From the human T2T-CHM13v2.0 reference genome, Homo sapiens, in NCBI RefSeq assembly GCF_009914755.1, contig NC_060925.1: a stretch of 64,000 nucleotides of DNA. One strand, 5' to 3'. Below the pieces are notes generated by a model that saw only the letters and a list, made by a program, of their open reading frames with translations, was not told the origin of the DNA and did not search any database. Every line of letters begins with the position of its first letter. Positions within the stretch are counted from its first letter, which is position 1. Both the position numbers and the translations under genes were made by a program. Below, one piece after another: positions 32,891 to 50,118 of the stretch.

Positions 32891-33482
32891 GCCTTTTCTT
32901 GCAGATGAGGTTTATATAACTTTCCAAGACAAGGAAGTTGTGCAAAGCCTCACAGCTACTAAGAGGCTGGGCTGGGACCAGGATTAACTTTTCGTGACTC
33001 CAAAGCCCATGCACCTCTGCAAGCCACACGAATCAAGCAGCTTCTCTAAACCTTTGAAGTCCTGGAAAGTAACTCTTCTGCAATAGAAGCAAGAATCCTG
33101 TGAGATTGGGATCCATCTAGTACTCTTCACCATTTGGAACAACTGCCTCCAGAGAATGCTTCTGACACATCTTGGAAGAACGTGGAATAACTTGAGGAAA
33201 TGGTCGATTTGCTAATTTAGGAAACCAATGTTCGATATTACATATTTTTTATTTCTTTTCATAGGATAAATTTAAAAGCACAGATGACGCACTCCACATG
33301 AACGCAAATCCTATTCATCCCTTTTTGTTGTTTGTAGGCTATTTATGATTTTCAACAAAGACTAAATCAAACCACTGTGTCTGAAATAACCTCTTACTCT
33401 GAAAGCAAGTGACATGAAAATAGACCTGCTGAGAAAAATTTCTTCCTGCTGCAATTTAACGAAACAGCTGACTACAATTTGA

Positions 33483-33800
<318 letters not shown>

Positions 33801-34673
33801 CATCCTTTGATTTTTAACAAGGCAAGCTTGTTTTCCAAGACCTCAAATAGATCATGTGAGTGTCAGGGCTACTATATTGACTCAGAAGGTGGACCATATC
33901 CTCTGTTTGGAGATGGAGTGGTGAGAGGGCCTGCACCAGCATGTGAAGACCTTAGGTCCATAGGTGAGATTCAATCATCAGGTGTGGTGTTTTAGGGTCC
34001 TGATGTTTATGCAAAAGTTATGTGTATATTACTAAAGGTAAATTGTAGAACATTACAAATAATCATATATAAACCAAAAATGTCAACTACAATTGTCATT
34101 ATGCATTATTATTCTAAGTATTTTTACCACAATTAGAAGTAGTAGCAGTTGTTGCTGCTGCCGCTGCTGTTGTAGGAATGGAGATGAAAACATGGAATAA
34201 AGCTCTGCTGCCTGGTCATTCTGCTGCTCCTACGGCTGCAGATGTGCTAGTTCTGCGCAGACTTTAGACTTCTGTTGTGAAGCTGTAACTTAAGAGACTT
34301 TCAGTGCTCTGCTGTGGCAGGAAAAAAGTTTGAGTCAAGACAGAACAACAATTCTGTGAATTTGAAGGTGGAGGGTAGGATGGTTCTGGGGCGCAGTTGA
34401 AGGGGAAGAAGTACACATCACTGAATGAAGGAGTGGAAGCCTATGGTGAATGGCAGGGTTTGGCCATGAAGCAAATCAGATTTGGATTTTACGGACGGTC
34501 ACTCAGTGAAACTGACACACCTGCAAAGCGGGAAATGGAGGACGAATAAACAGGTGATGTGTTCCAGCAGCAGACAGGAGGGCCTTCTAAGAACACACCT
34601 GCTCCTTTACCCAGGACCTCTTCCTACAACTCCAGCAGACATTCTCATGTAGAAACCCACAATGTGATTTCAT

Positions 34674-34722
34674 CACATTCTGACTCCACATTCTGACACC
34701 ACATTCTGACTCCACATTCTGG
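34674..34722. repeat. 13-bp minisatellite (cacattctgactc) x~4
   Basis: Direct read. Confidence 0.85.
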
Positions 34723-35099
34723 CTGGTACAGTATCCTTTTCTCCATTCTCTTATCTTCCCCTTCCTCATTTCATTATTGCACATAAAGCATCTGGGGTAG
34801 GCACACAAGCATATTGCTATTTTTGTTTGCTTGTTTGTACTAAATGACATGTGTTGATCCGCAGCCAAATGAGACGGGGCAGAAAAATACTGGCCCCGTG
34901 AAGACTGTTTCTCCACCAGTGGCTGCTCACTCAGCTCTTATCTCTGTATTTCAGGACTTAAACAACAATAACAAAAAACCATAATACCCTTGCATAGATT
35001 GTTCAATTGGTGAATTTCAATGTTTTTAATATAGCATTGTAAAACCAAAAACAATTTCATAACTTTTTTATCTACGTAGTTGTTACACATAGGGCAAAT

Positions 35100-35430
35100 C
35101 TGTATATAGGACTATGTATATAGGACTATATATATACGCGTGTGTGTATGTGTATATATATATAGTCCTATATATAGCATATAGCATATATATTTATATA
35201 TGTATCTATACTATATACATATGTATGCATGTATACTATATACATATGTATGCATATATACATATATACTATATATACACATATATTGTATATATACATA
35301 TATACTATATATACACATATATAGTATATATACACTACATATATACTATACACTACATATATACATTACTATATATGCTATATATATACACTATATATAT
35401 AATATATATAAACCTATGTATATAGGACTA
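35100..35430. repeat. (TA)-rich low-complexity tract
   Basis: tatatac/tatatag runs bounded by tgtatataggacta copies. Confidence 0.9.
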
Positions 35431-35874
35431 AATGACACTTGAAAGAATGAATCTCAAATACTTTTCCCTTCAAATCCACTGTCTGTTTAAGTATACATTT
35501 TGCATATAATGAAAAAATACATAAAAATTAAAATGTAAGGTTTATCTCACTATCCAGTGTATCAGTTGGACCAAAAATGAGGAAAAAGAGGCATCTTGTC
35601 TGCAGGAAGTTCTCAATTCTCCTGGGACCCCCGAACCACCTGCGCCCCCCAAGCAGACCCCGTTCTTGGCCTGTTGCCAGTGGCAGTGCATCCTGATGAG
35701 GCTTCCACGTCTTGGCCCAGGAGGCACAGGGAGGGTAGGAGGTTGTCTGTCTCACAGCCAGGCCAATATCCCTGACCCAGGACCCTCTGGAAGAAGATTC
35801 CCAAGGTCCCCGTCAGCTTTTGGAAGGGTTATGCCATTCTAGAGAAATTATAAATGTTCTTGGGGGTTGACCCA

Positions 35875-36095
35875 TAGGTGAGCTGGGCATCCCTGTGCTC
35901 TTGGGAGCTGGAGCAGGCAGGAGGCCCATCCTCCTGGGCACAGCCGCCATGGCTGCAGACCCAGGCATCTCTGCACTCTGGAGGGCTCAGGAAGGTTCCC
36001 CCACCCCCACAGGCTTGGAAGTGCTCGCTCCCACTGTCTGGCTTCTCCTCACTGTTGGCATCCACTCCAATCACAGAGAAAAGGGGAGTCTGGGC
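35875..36095. mobile_element. MER52-like LTR fragment
   Basis: gctgcagacccaggcatctctgcactc...cacaggcttggaagtgc. Confidence 0.7.
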
Positions 36096-38822
36096 CCACG
36101 CACCTATCAACCCATCACCTAGGTATTAAGCCCAGCATGCATTAGCCATCTCCTCTTTGACTTTTAACATGAAATTCTCATGATCATTTTATGTTATCAA
36201 TGACCAGTCATAGGTTTTAAAATGCTGGCTGTTACTTGTGTATAATAACAATGACATTTTTATTAATAAAACAAAACACGGGATACTTTTTTTTCAAAGA
36301 ACACATTAATTGCATGTAAAATTGCTTGTGGATTTGTGTAAATGGTTTTTCATTCTAGTACACTCCTCTTTTCTTCAGAGGTGTCGATTAAGCTCAAGAC
36401 TTTATAATCAGTCTTTCGTTTCTTGTTCATTCAATGGTAAATTTTTCCCATCATTATTCATAATTATGTAAATACCTGGGACTTACAATATTTAGAATAG
36501 TCCGAGGTGAAAGCCAACATAAGGATGAACTTGATCTGCATTATCTGTTTCCTGAGAGGGCTCGGGAGCTTCACCCTCAGCCCCAGCCACCCATGGCTGT
36601 CACTTCTCACAGTGAGGGCTGAGATGTGCATTTAGATTGATCAGTTTTTAATGTATCAGGTAGGACCCAATAGTCCTTTGCACTCTGACCCACCTACAGA
36701 TAAGCTCTCTGATTATGTTCTTCTATATTGTTTCTCCCAGGTCAGTACCATATTATTGTAAATCCTGTGATTCATAGTGAAGTTGCCAGATTCATCAAGT
36801 AAAAAATAGGACAGAAAATTAACTTTAAAATTTAAATAAACGACAAATGACTTTTGAGTGCACAAATATGTCTTTGTCAATGATCAGTAGTTAGATTCTG
36901 AGAGATAAATTTCCAAAAGGAATAATGAAAATAATATACTTTAGCTGTCAATTCTAATCCACAGTATTGTGATCCTTCCTTGTGCAGTCTCAACACCAAT
37001 GACCTCAAGAGACTTGTTAGAGAGAGACTCCATCTGATGATTCAGCAGATAAAGTATTTTTCAGCATGTGATTGTTATTTGTAGAGAGAAGGGTGTGAAA
37101 TACATGGGGTGAACTAAATATATCTTAAGAGAATAAAACATCAGATTTCCTATTTTATCTCTTTCTGTTATATGGCTTCCATGTGTTTTATTAACAAATT
37201 TATATGGACATGTAGTTTATAAATAATTGCACATATATTAATAGTCCACATCCAAGTATTCTTTTACTGGAGCTATAATCCCCAAAAGAGAGACCATTAA
37301 GCCTTTAAATCAACGATATCCTGGCTCTTTTCCTGGTTTTATCATGACAGCAAAACCAAGTTGTGCTGAGGGTTAAGGTGCGTGTTCATGGAACTGTCAG
37401 TTGTTTGGTTCTGGAAGTGTGTTCCTTTACTAAGATTTTGCAGATGTATTAGCAATCATTTCAACATATGAGGTTGAAATGATTGGCTCATACATATGAG
37501 GTTGTTTTAGAGAAATTTTCTACCTTAGCCGTTAATTTCTGAGTAAGAGCCAAAAATACTAATTGTCACCATTTCTGCATTGAGATATCTACATCTACCT
37601 AATCTATCACCGATAGCTCCGTACATGGGATGGTATTGTGATAAGTGACCTTTAAAATATAATTGGACAGCTGCCATCTCAGAAAAAAACTGAGCGGTGT
37701 GGAATGGTTTTCTAATTTTTTGTATCGTTAAGTTGACTTGTTCTAATCACTGGATTAATTTGATAAAACAATTATGCCTGCACCTTGGCCAGTAACATTA
37801 GAGAGTAATTTCAAAATTGCTCAGTGAAATTATGCCAGGTGTTCTGATATTACAGATATCCTAATAAAACTAGAGGGAAACTACCTTTATTATTGGAGAA
37901 ATAAGTGTTTTCAAAGCAAAAGAGGAGATCTCTGTATTAAGTGGAATCTCAAGAAAAGGATCAACATTTGATCCTTTTGATGCGACTTTATGGTTGTCAC
38001 AAGTGATTACAACTAGTGTTATTCTCTTGACAATTCAGAGCTGGACACTGGGGATCCTCTGTTGAGATGTAGGTAATTTATTTTTGAGATGGAAACTAAA
38101 CTGAAAGAGAGCCAGAGCCATTTTTATGTGATACAGCTAATAGGGTTTGGTAAGCACAATAATGCCCTCCAAAGGTGTCCATGTTCTAATTCTCAGATAC
38201 AGCAAATATACATTCCATGGCAATGGGTATGAGAAGTTGCACATGGGATCAAAATTGCTAATTTGTTGGTGAAAAATAAGGATACTATCCTGAATTACTA
38301 TGGTAGGTTCAAACGTCTAATCATAAAGGTTCAAAATGTGAGAGACGAAGAATTAAAAGCGTTGAAAGATCGGCATGTCAGAAAGACAACTAGATATTAT
38401 TTTTTTCCATTGTTTTGGTGATTCTTTCCCTATTAGCATAAATTTTATTCAGTTCCACTGTGCACATATGATTGGGTAATTTTATATATTTGTAGCATCG
38501 ATGTGCTAAATATAAAATAAGAATGCAGAACAAAGATACGATTTCTAAAGAGGGATGCCCAGGTACCATGGGTATCTATACCCAGGAATAGACAGTGCGC
38601 ATCTTATAAGGGGAAGACTGTGAATGTGTTGGTATTTCATATACTAATTGGTGTAGAAAATGATGCAGAGGCTGGATTATCAAGAATTTATATGAGATAG
38701 GGCTTACCAAGATTAAGAGGGCAAAACAATAAAAGTGATTTGTGATAATTTTGACTAATGCAGAATTAACAATGATGAAGTGAGATTTTTGGGGGTTTTT
38801 CTGATGTACAAAGCCAATTTCT

Positions 38823-39090
38823 GGCCAGGTGAAGTAGCTCACACCTGTAATTCTAGTGCTTTTGGAGGCCAAGGCAGGAGAATCACTTTAAAGACAAGCC
38901 TGGCAGCATAGCAAGACTCCATCCCCACTACACATTTTTTAACAATTAGCTTCACCTGGAATCCTAGCTGTTTGGGAGACGAAGGCAGGTGGCCACTTGA
39001 GCCCAGGGGGCCCAGAACGTAGTGCGTTATTGCACCACCGCACTTCAGCCTGGGTGACAGAGCAAGACCCTGTCTTGAAAAAAAAAAAAG
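38823..39090 (+). mobile_element. AluJ-like, internally deleted
   Basis: Diverged Alu arms with A-tail. Confidence 0.85.
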
Positions 39091-39129
39091 TAAAATATGA
39101 AAAATACATAAAGTTCATTATTAAGAACA

Positions 39130-40017
39130 CAATTTTGGTTTATGTAATTACTAAAAAATACCTTCTGTTTTCAAGCTGACATTGCAGTCCCAGTCAACAC
39201 CTTTCTCCTTTTCTTCTTCATCTTCACACTCCTGGATCACAGGCCGAAGCACACGGACCTGATCACCTGTCACTTGACTTTTGTTCACTCAATGATGCAC
39301 CCCACTGTAGTGGATTTTTTTCTCTTTAGATGGTGTTTGAGTCACTGAATTTTTGGAAGGACTTCAAATGTCAAGCATTATTCTCCATGAACAGGGTGAT
39401 GAGGGGTCTGGCCATCACCACCACCTGCCTCCTGAGCATGCTCCAGGCCATCACCATCAGCCCTAGCATCTTGTGGTAGGTGAGACTTAAAAACATAAAT
39501 TATCTTCCAGTAGTAGCATGATCATCTGCACTGTAGCTTATTTCAGTGTGACCCAGACGAATTCAATTTACCGAGTGTCGGTGACTTCTGCTCACTTTCT
39601 CCAATGAGCTCCATCCTCGGGGGACTGATTTTTATTCTAATGTTATTTCAGAATATTTTCTTTTCAGGAATCATGCTGCTGTCCAGTATGTACACGGTCA
39701 TTCTCTTGTTCAGGCATGAGAGGTGATACCAGAGCCTTCGCAACACCAGCCGCTCCCCAAGAGCCTCCCCAGAGAAAAGGGCCACGCAGACCAGCCTGTG
39801 TCTTCTGGTGAGTTGCTCTGTGGTCACATACTCAGTGGACGTTATTACTTCATCCTCCTTAACCATGTGGTGGGTTCATGGCCCAGTCACCCGGGATGTC
39901 CAGATGCCTGTGGTCACTCTCTGTGCCACTGTCTGTCCTTTGGTACAAATCATTCCTGACAGAAGAATCATCAATATTCCAAAAAAAATATTCTATCAAA
40001 GTGCCACCCATTTTTAA
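39130..40017 (+). pseudogene. Vomeronasal type-1 receptor (V1R) pseudogene
   Basis: FQADIAVPVNTFLLFF..DHRPKHTDLITCHL, RVMRGLAITTTCLLSMLQAITISP, SPRASPEKRATQT are V1R hallmarks; frameshift ~39335, stops ~39477 and ~39724. Possibly VN1R16P (not verified). Confidence 0.9.
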
Positions 40018-40231
40018 CAAGGTTGCACTGGGACAAAAATCTTCTGAAGAGAAGTAGATTTTTCTGCCACCAGTTAAACTGTGCAAATGGCACAGAATTT
40101 GTTAACTTAAATGCAATGAATTAAATAGCAATTTCATTATATCTAAATAGTTGCTTGATGCTGCCAAAGTCTAATCTTTAGTTCAATGTCCATCAGGGTT
40201 TGATATTTCCAAATCAAGTCTCTTACACTTT

Positions 40232-40520
<289 letters not shown>

Positions 40521-40948
40521 ACACTTTCATTTTTAATCTTATACATGAAATATTATTTTTCCTTCTTGAAGTACACTTTTAAAAAGCTCCTATTGGTAAA
40601 CAAATCACTCAGGGTTTTAAAAATATATTTTAATTTACCGTTTTTTGTTAAAGGTATTTTAGCCGAGTATCTACTTCTAGCTTTAATAAATACTTTCTCT
40701 TAGCTCCATTCCTATTTATGTTTTGGGTTTTATAAAAGCTGTAGAAATTTTGCTCTCATCTTTGCAACTTACCTCTTTCTCACACTGATTTTTAGTATTT
40801 TTCTTCTCTTTGGTGTTATCCAGCTTATTAAAGTAATTTTTTTTTTCACTTTTTGACACACTGCATTTCTGAATTCAAGGATTTATGTTTGGTTTTCAGT
40901 TTAGAAACTTACAAACCACCAACTCTTAAAGGCATTATTCAAAAAAAA

Positions 40949-41631
<683 letters not shown>

Positions 41632-41632
41632 G

Positions 41633-44585
41633 TTTTTTTTTTTTTTTTTTTTAACAAATATTTTAGTCTTATTTGTAAATCATTTATACATATTCACACG
41701 AAGAAAAATAAATTTCAGAATGGAATCTTGGGACCATTGTAGTTAAAAAAAATATATATATATATATATATTTCTGATCATTAGCCACTTGAAGACAAGG
41801 CAAGAGGCTTAGCAGTCATTTCTAGGGGTTAGTGTATCTCCCCATGCAAGGGACAATTGAGAAGAATCCAAGCTGCTCCCTCATCTTCCCTCAATTTTAA
41901 CCTTCTGGAGACAATATGGGGGAAGGGGATTTTCCAGTGCTTTCCCCTAGAAACATTGCAAGAGGTACAGCCAAGTCTTACGGTAACACTGAACCTGCTC
42001 TTTGCTAGCAATTTAGCAAGTTTGCAACCTGTGAACCAACCTACTAGAAGAGTTAGCCTAATTCCTATTCACAGGTACTTCTAAGAGGAGGAGGGATTGC
42101 TGCACTCATCACACCCGCTTCCCACTTGCTCTGTTCTCCCACCAAGGCCCCAGAACAGAGCTCTTGATCTCATCTGATCTAGTCCCTCCCCGCTCCCACC
42201 CAGCCTCATTTCACAAGTGAACCTTCCTCCCACCCCACACTCAGACAGACACTCTGTAACTGTTGGCCCTGGCAGCTCCTGAGGACTGCTGGGATGATGA
42301 CACAGCATTTTTGCATCAGCATCGTACTCACAGGGACTCGGAGCTCAGCCAGGAGAGGTCCAAGAATGACGGAACTCTAGAACCCCTACCAAAACTCAGC
42401 TCTGCAGAGCCAAATAAACAATTCAACCCAACAGGCCAACTCCTAACATCCCATCCCAGACAGTCATCACTGGAGGCGCGCAGTAGATGAACCTCCTACT
42501 TGCACTGAACCATTACCAATTCCCAGTAACAGTGGGGGAAAGGACAGACATGACAAATGTGGTAGACCCTATCAGAAATGGTAGCTGATGACAACAGTTA
42601 GCCTAGATCACTGGGTCCTATCCAAAAAGAACGGGCATGATGAGCAGAGGGCTCTGTAGCTGGATGTACAGCCCTTAAATTACTAAGGGACTCAGAGAAA
42701 ACAAGCCTTGTTTTCCTACGATTATCTAGGAACTGGAACACGGACTACCCACCCCTATGTTGAGGCAGCTTCTGACAGGCCTTACTGCTTACGGTCATCG
42801 GTCATCAGCCCACCCGCTTGGTAGGTGCATTTGGGGGGAGGGACTCACATCACATCCAGAGGGGGGACCCATCTAGGCGGACACCACAGGGCAGCCCATC
42901 CCACTGTCACTGGGGCAGGCCAAACACGGTTAGCAGGGCGGACTGATTCCAGCCATCAGCCGCCCTACAGGCGTCGCTCTGGCCTAACACAGAATGCGAA
43001 ATGCAGGGTGCTCCAAGTGTTCTCCGACATGGCACCTCCTTCACCCCGAGGGCCCCGGCTTTTCTTCCACATGTTCAGGGCCTCCAGAAAGTGCTCTGCA
43101 GCCTCCCAGTGAGCCCCAGGTTATAGCCTCCCAGTGAGCCCTGCAGCTGATGCCCAGGTTATAGCGGGACTGGATATAGCCAGGCTGGAGCTCAAGGGCC
43201 TGGCAGTATGAAGTTACTGCTTCTTCACTCTGGTTTTCCTTCCACAGCAAATAGTCATTGGGATGAACACTGAAGGTAGCTGTGAAGCAGTTCATGGCCT
43301 TGTCGTATTCTCCACTCAGGTTGAAAAGGACCTGCAAGCCACACTGCACATCAGGGTCCATGGATGTAGGGTCCAGTTGCACAGTTGCTAGGAAGAGCTC
43401 TTTCATTTCAAGAAACAGGGAGTCAGACAACAGAGATCCCAAGATATGCTTGCTGGCGCCCAGTCCTGCCCCGCCAGCCCCTTCTTCAGCAGGTGTCACC
43501 AGATAGCCACAGGCTGGTGTGTGGCAGGGTTTCACAGGCCTGTCACTGCAGAGGCTCATTGGTAAAGCCTGCAGCCGGGGCCATCAGTGCTTATCTGGCT
43601 TTAGCTCCAGACACCTCTGCAATGCTCTGATGGCTCACAGTTCTTGTTCATTCTCTGCCTGGTTGGTACCCAGATACGGCCAAGCTTCCATGTGCTTAGG
43701 ATCCTGCTGCATAGCTGCCTCAAAAAGCAGCACAGCATTTGGGAGGGCCCTCTCCTGAAGTCGCTGCAGCCCTTCTTTGAAAGGCTGAGGGTGATCACGC
43801 AGGGGGTTCTCCTCCTCCAACGGGTACCCCTTATCATAGGAAGCTGATGCGAGGTCATCATAGCCAGAAAGCCAGGGGTGAGTGTCAGCATCCCGTTTTG
43901 CCTTCTCCTCCAACTCTGTCTGCAACTCTACAGCTGACTTGGCGCGTTCAAACTCCCTATCAAGGGCAGCTGTGTTTACTCGTCTTGTGAATGGTCAACC
44001 CAGGCATCTGATGTACACTCACAATTAGCCAGTTTGGGGTCATCCCCTTTGGCCACAAAGTCACTGGCCATGTGCTGCACATCCTCCTCAAGATGACATT
44101 CATCGTCCAACGACCGGTGGCTGCTGCTCCCTTAGGCTCTCCCAACCACAGTTTCTCCCAATTGCTCCAAATATTCCTCAGCCCAGCAGGTGGGGGAAAT
44201 GGCCAAGGGGTCTGTAACTTCAGAAATGAATGATTGGGACCAGTCTGTCTCATTATAATCCTGAATTACATCCACAGCATCTCCAGCTGCAAGTCACTCT
44301 GGGCCCAGTTCTCAGACAAGGCCAAGTCGGCCACACCAGGGGCTCTCTGGGGAGCCTGGAGGAAGTTTGACTCTTCAGTCTGCTGCATCTCAGCCAGGAG
44401 TTCATCCATCTTGAAGGTCTGAGGGGCACGGGATACAAGGGTACACTGTGGTCCTGCAGGAATTCACCCACCAATTCATCTTCAGAAGCTACTCCCAAAG
44501 GCTTGGAGACTGCCTCAGAGGCTGGGGCTCGGAGGCGGGGCAGGGGTCAGGCGTCAGGCCTTAGTGCCTTCTGCTGGGGTCGGCG
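41633..44585 (-). pseudogene. PEX5 processed pseudogene, 5'-truncated (CDS-derived 42907-~44575, 3' UTR, poly(A))
   Basis: Intronless PEX5 peptides [42 protein letters not shown], ..FGLPQ*; frameshifts; poly(A) 41633-41652; candidate TSD tgttttct..tttt at ~41337 and ~44588. Confidence 0.93.
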
Positions 44586-45435
44586 GGTGTTTTCTCTTTT
44601 TACTGTATTTAACTACATTAATCGTGCTCAGTATTTCGGTTCACTAATCTCATCAGCTGAGACTAATTTAATATTTAACCCGTATGTTGTATATTAAGTA
44701 GGTTGATTCTACTTCCAACTGTTTGTATTTGCCTCTTTTTCAAATATGGCTTGTCAAGCTTGTAGTCATTTGCTCTTTAACATTTTTTTTCCTATTTTTC
44801 TCATTGTGTTGACTTAAACATTTAAAAAATAAGTCCTATAACTGTGTGTAACATACGTTTTAATTTTCTATTCACTTATGGGAGACATTACATTTGAGAC
44901 ATCTGCAGTTTATGTCTTTGTTTTTTAAATTTGCCTTATGGCAAGTTGGGCCACCCACACGGATCTGGCAACTCTGATCGCCCATATCTAAGAGGAGCAC
45001 TTAGTTCTCAGTTGATTATTTTCATAAGTGGTTTCTTTGGTTTGCTTCTCTAGTTGGAAAATTATATTTTACTTTCACTTTCAACGCTATACAGTCCTTT
45101 AAAGATTCTTGTAACTTTCTGAGAATTTTAGCTTTCTACATTTAAAATGTGTAGAATCTAGTTTTCCAACAAGCACAAATGTCAAGTGTACACATGAAAT
45201 ACATTTTACACAATTTTTTGTAACAGACAAGAAATCTCGTCACTTTATTTAGAACATATCCTTTCCTCAATATACTGTAAAGTAATAATTTGTAGAGTTT
45301 AACTTTAATACTAGGGAACTGATTTTACATTTTGCATAAGTTTCTGAGATAAATGTACTCTACTTCAGAGAACAGTACCTATATATGGCCAAAACTACTT
45401 ATTTTCTACACCACTGAGAAAATATTGGCAGAATT

Positions 45436-45721
45436 GGCTAGGCGCGGTGGCTCACGCCTGTAATCCCAACACTTTGGGAGGCCGAGGCGGGCGAATCACG
45501 AGGTCAGGGGATCGAGACCATCCTGGCTAGTACGGTGAAACCCCGTCTCTACTAAAAATACAAAAAATTAGCTGGGCGTGGTGGCGGGCGCCTGTAGTCC
45601 CAGCTACTCAGGAGGCTGAGGCAGGAGAATGGCGTGAACCCGGGAGGAGCTTGCAAGTGAGTGGAGATCGTGCCACTGCACTCCAGCAACAGAGCGAGAC
45701 TCCATCTCAAAAAAAAAAAAA
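45436..45721 (+). mobile_element. AluY-like with 18-bp TSD
   Basis: TSD gaaaatattggcagaatt; small internal deletions in the right arm. Confidence 0.95.
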
Positions 45722-46179
45722 GAAAATATTGGCAGAATTACTTACCTGAATTCAGATTTTTGGCTTCAATCACCATGCTTCCTCATTAGCACTTCCCTGA
45801 ATCCATAAAAGAATCTCTTTGAGTCTTCCATTTGAACCACAGATTAAAAAATTTCAATGCAATTTTCATGTGGTGAGATAGTACTTGCTGGTAACATTTT
45901 AGTATATAATTTCTATTGTTATTTACAATGTTCAGAAAATATGACCTGCTGGGTTTCTGGGGTAATAAACTCAATGACGTATTTTAGGCCTAAGACTTTA
46001 CCACCTAAAATACTTATATCTAATATTTGAAAATAATGCGCATCCTTTGTTTACTGGCAAAAATAGCTGCCGTTTGTTCCTATGCGTAATTACTATAACT
46101 TCCTAACAAAGTTAACATTATTTATGTTCATTTAGTTGTGGGGCACCAAAAAGTTAATTTCCATAATGATCTTAATGTT

Positions 46180-46490
46180 ACCTAGTATGAATGAAAATGT
46201 GACAGAGGCTAGGAGATGGGGTGAATAAAAAGAGGGGAAATGTTCTTCAAAGTGTACCAAGTTTCACTTAGGAGAAATAAGATTTAGTGATCAATTGCAC
46301 AGAATGGTGACTACAATGTGTATTTCAAAACTGCTATAAAGACTATTTTCCATGTTTTCACCACAAAAATTATATGAGGTTATAAACATTAACTTGATTT
46401 AATCATTTTACAACATAAACATATATCAAAATATTACACTGTAGACAGATATATACAACTATTATTTTTCAATTAAAAATAGAATTTTTT
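46180..46490 (+). mobile_element. L1MA 3' end
   Basis: caccacaaaaa...ttgatttaatcattttaca...caattaaaaata. Confidence 0.75.
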
Positions 46491-47099
46491 TAAAATTTAA
46501 TTTTTCTTTTTCAATGAATCTTTGATTTCTTCACTTTAAACTCTTAGGTATTAAGCATACAAATGTTTAATGGCTTAGAATAGTTACCTAACACATTATA
46601 TGAGCCAAATACTAACTACTCCTCCAAACTATCTTTTTTCATAGCATTCTTCAAATACAAGATTATTCTGTATATCTTATTAAAATTTATTTGTCTGCCT
46701 TATCTAAATATTGATAAAAATAGAAGGTAGGGGCATTTGCCTGCTTCATACATTCCAAAATCAAAGGGCAGTTTTACTAATTATTTTTACATTCAGTAAC
46801 TCATTTGTCTCACACAGTAAACACAAATATTACGTAACAGAACTATATTCATATTCTTCATCCTAAAAATGGAAAAAATTTTGAGTTATTTATTGATTGT
46901 AGTACGGGACTCATTCTCTATTTTTTCAAATTATTCCATGTCAAGTGCCTAGAATAATTGTTCATGACATACTATGAAATAAAAAATACCGATAGAGATG
47001 GATTACAAAAGTAAACTGAAAAAACATCCTATGAATTGTTTCATTATATATATAATAGAATATACTTATATCCATAGAACAAAAAAATTATATCTTTTT

Positions 47100-48935
<1,836 letters not shown>

Positions 48936-49071
48936 TTATTTTTTTCTGTGAAAGGTGTTGTGACAGTCATTATATTTATAATTCTTTAGTTCAATATGAA
49001 CTCTGGTCCTGAGTAAGACATGAGCAGGTATTAAAGGCTTTGCCACATTTTTTACATTTGTAGGATTTTTC

Positions 49072-50118
<1,047 letters not shown>

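Noticed and set aside
35114-35442. Tyr/Ile-rich ORFs
   Set aside because: Low-complexity TA repeat
43041-44498. PEX5-like ORFs as a functional gene
   Set aside because: No N-terminus or start, multiple frameshifts and deletions, intronless with poly(A)
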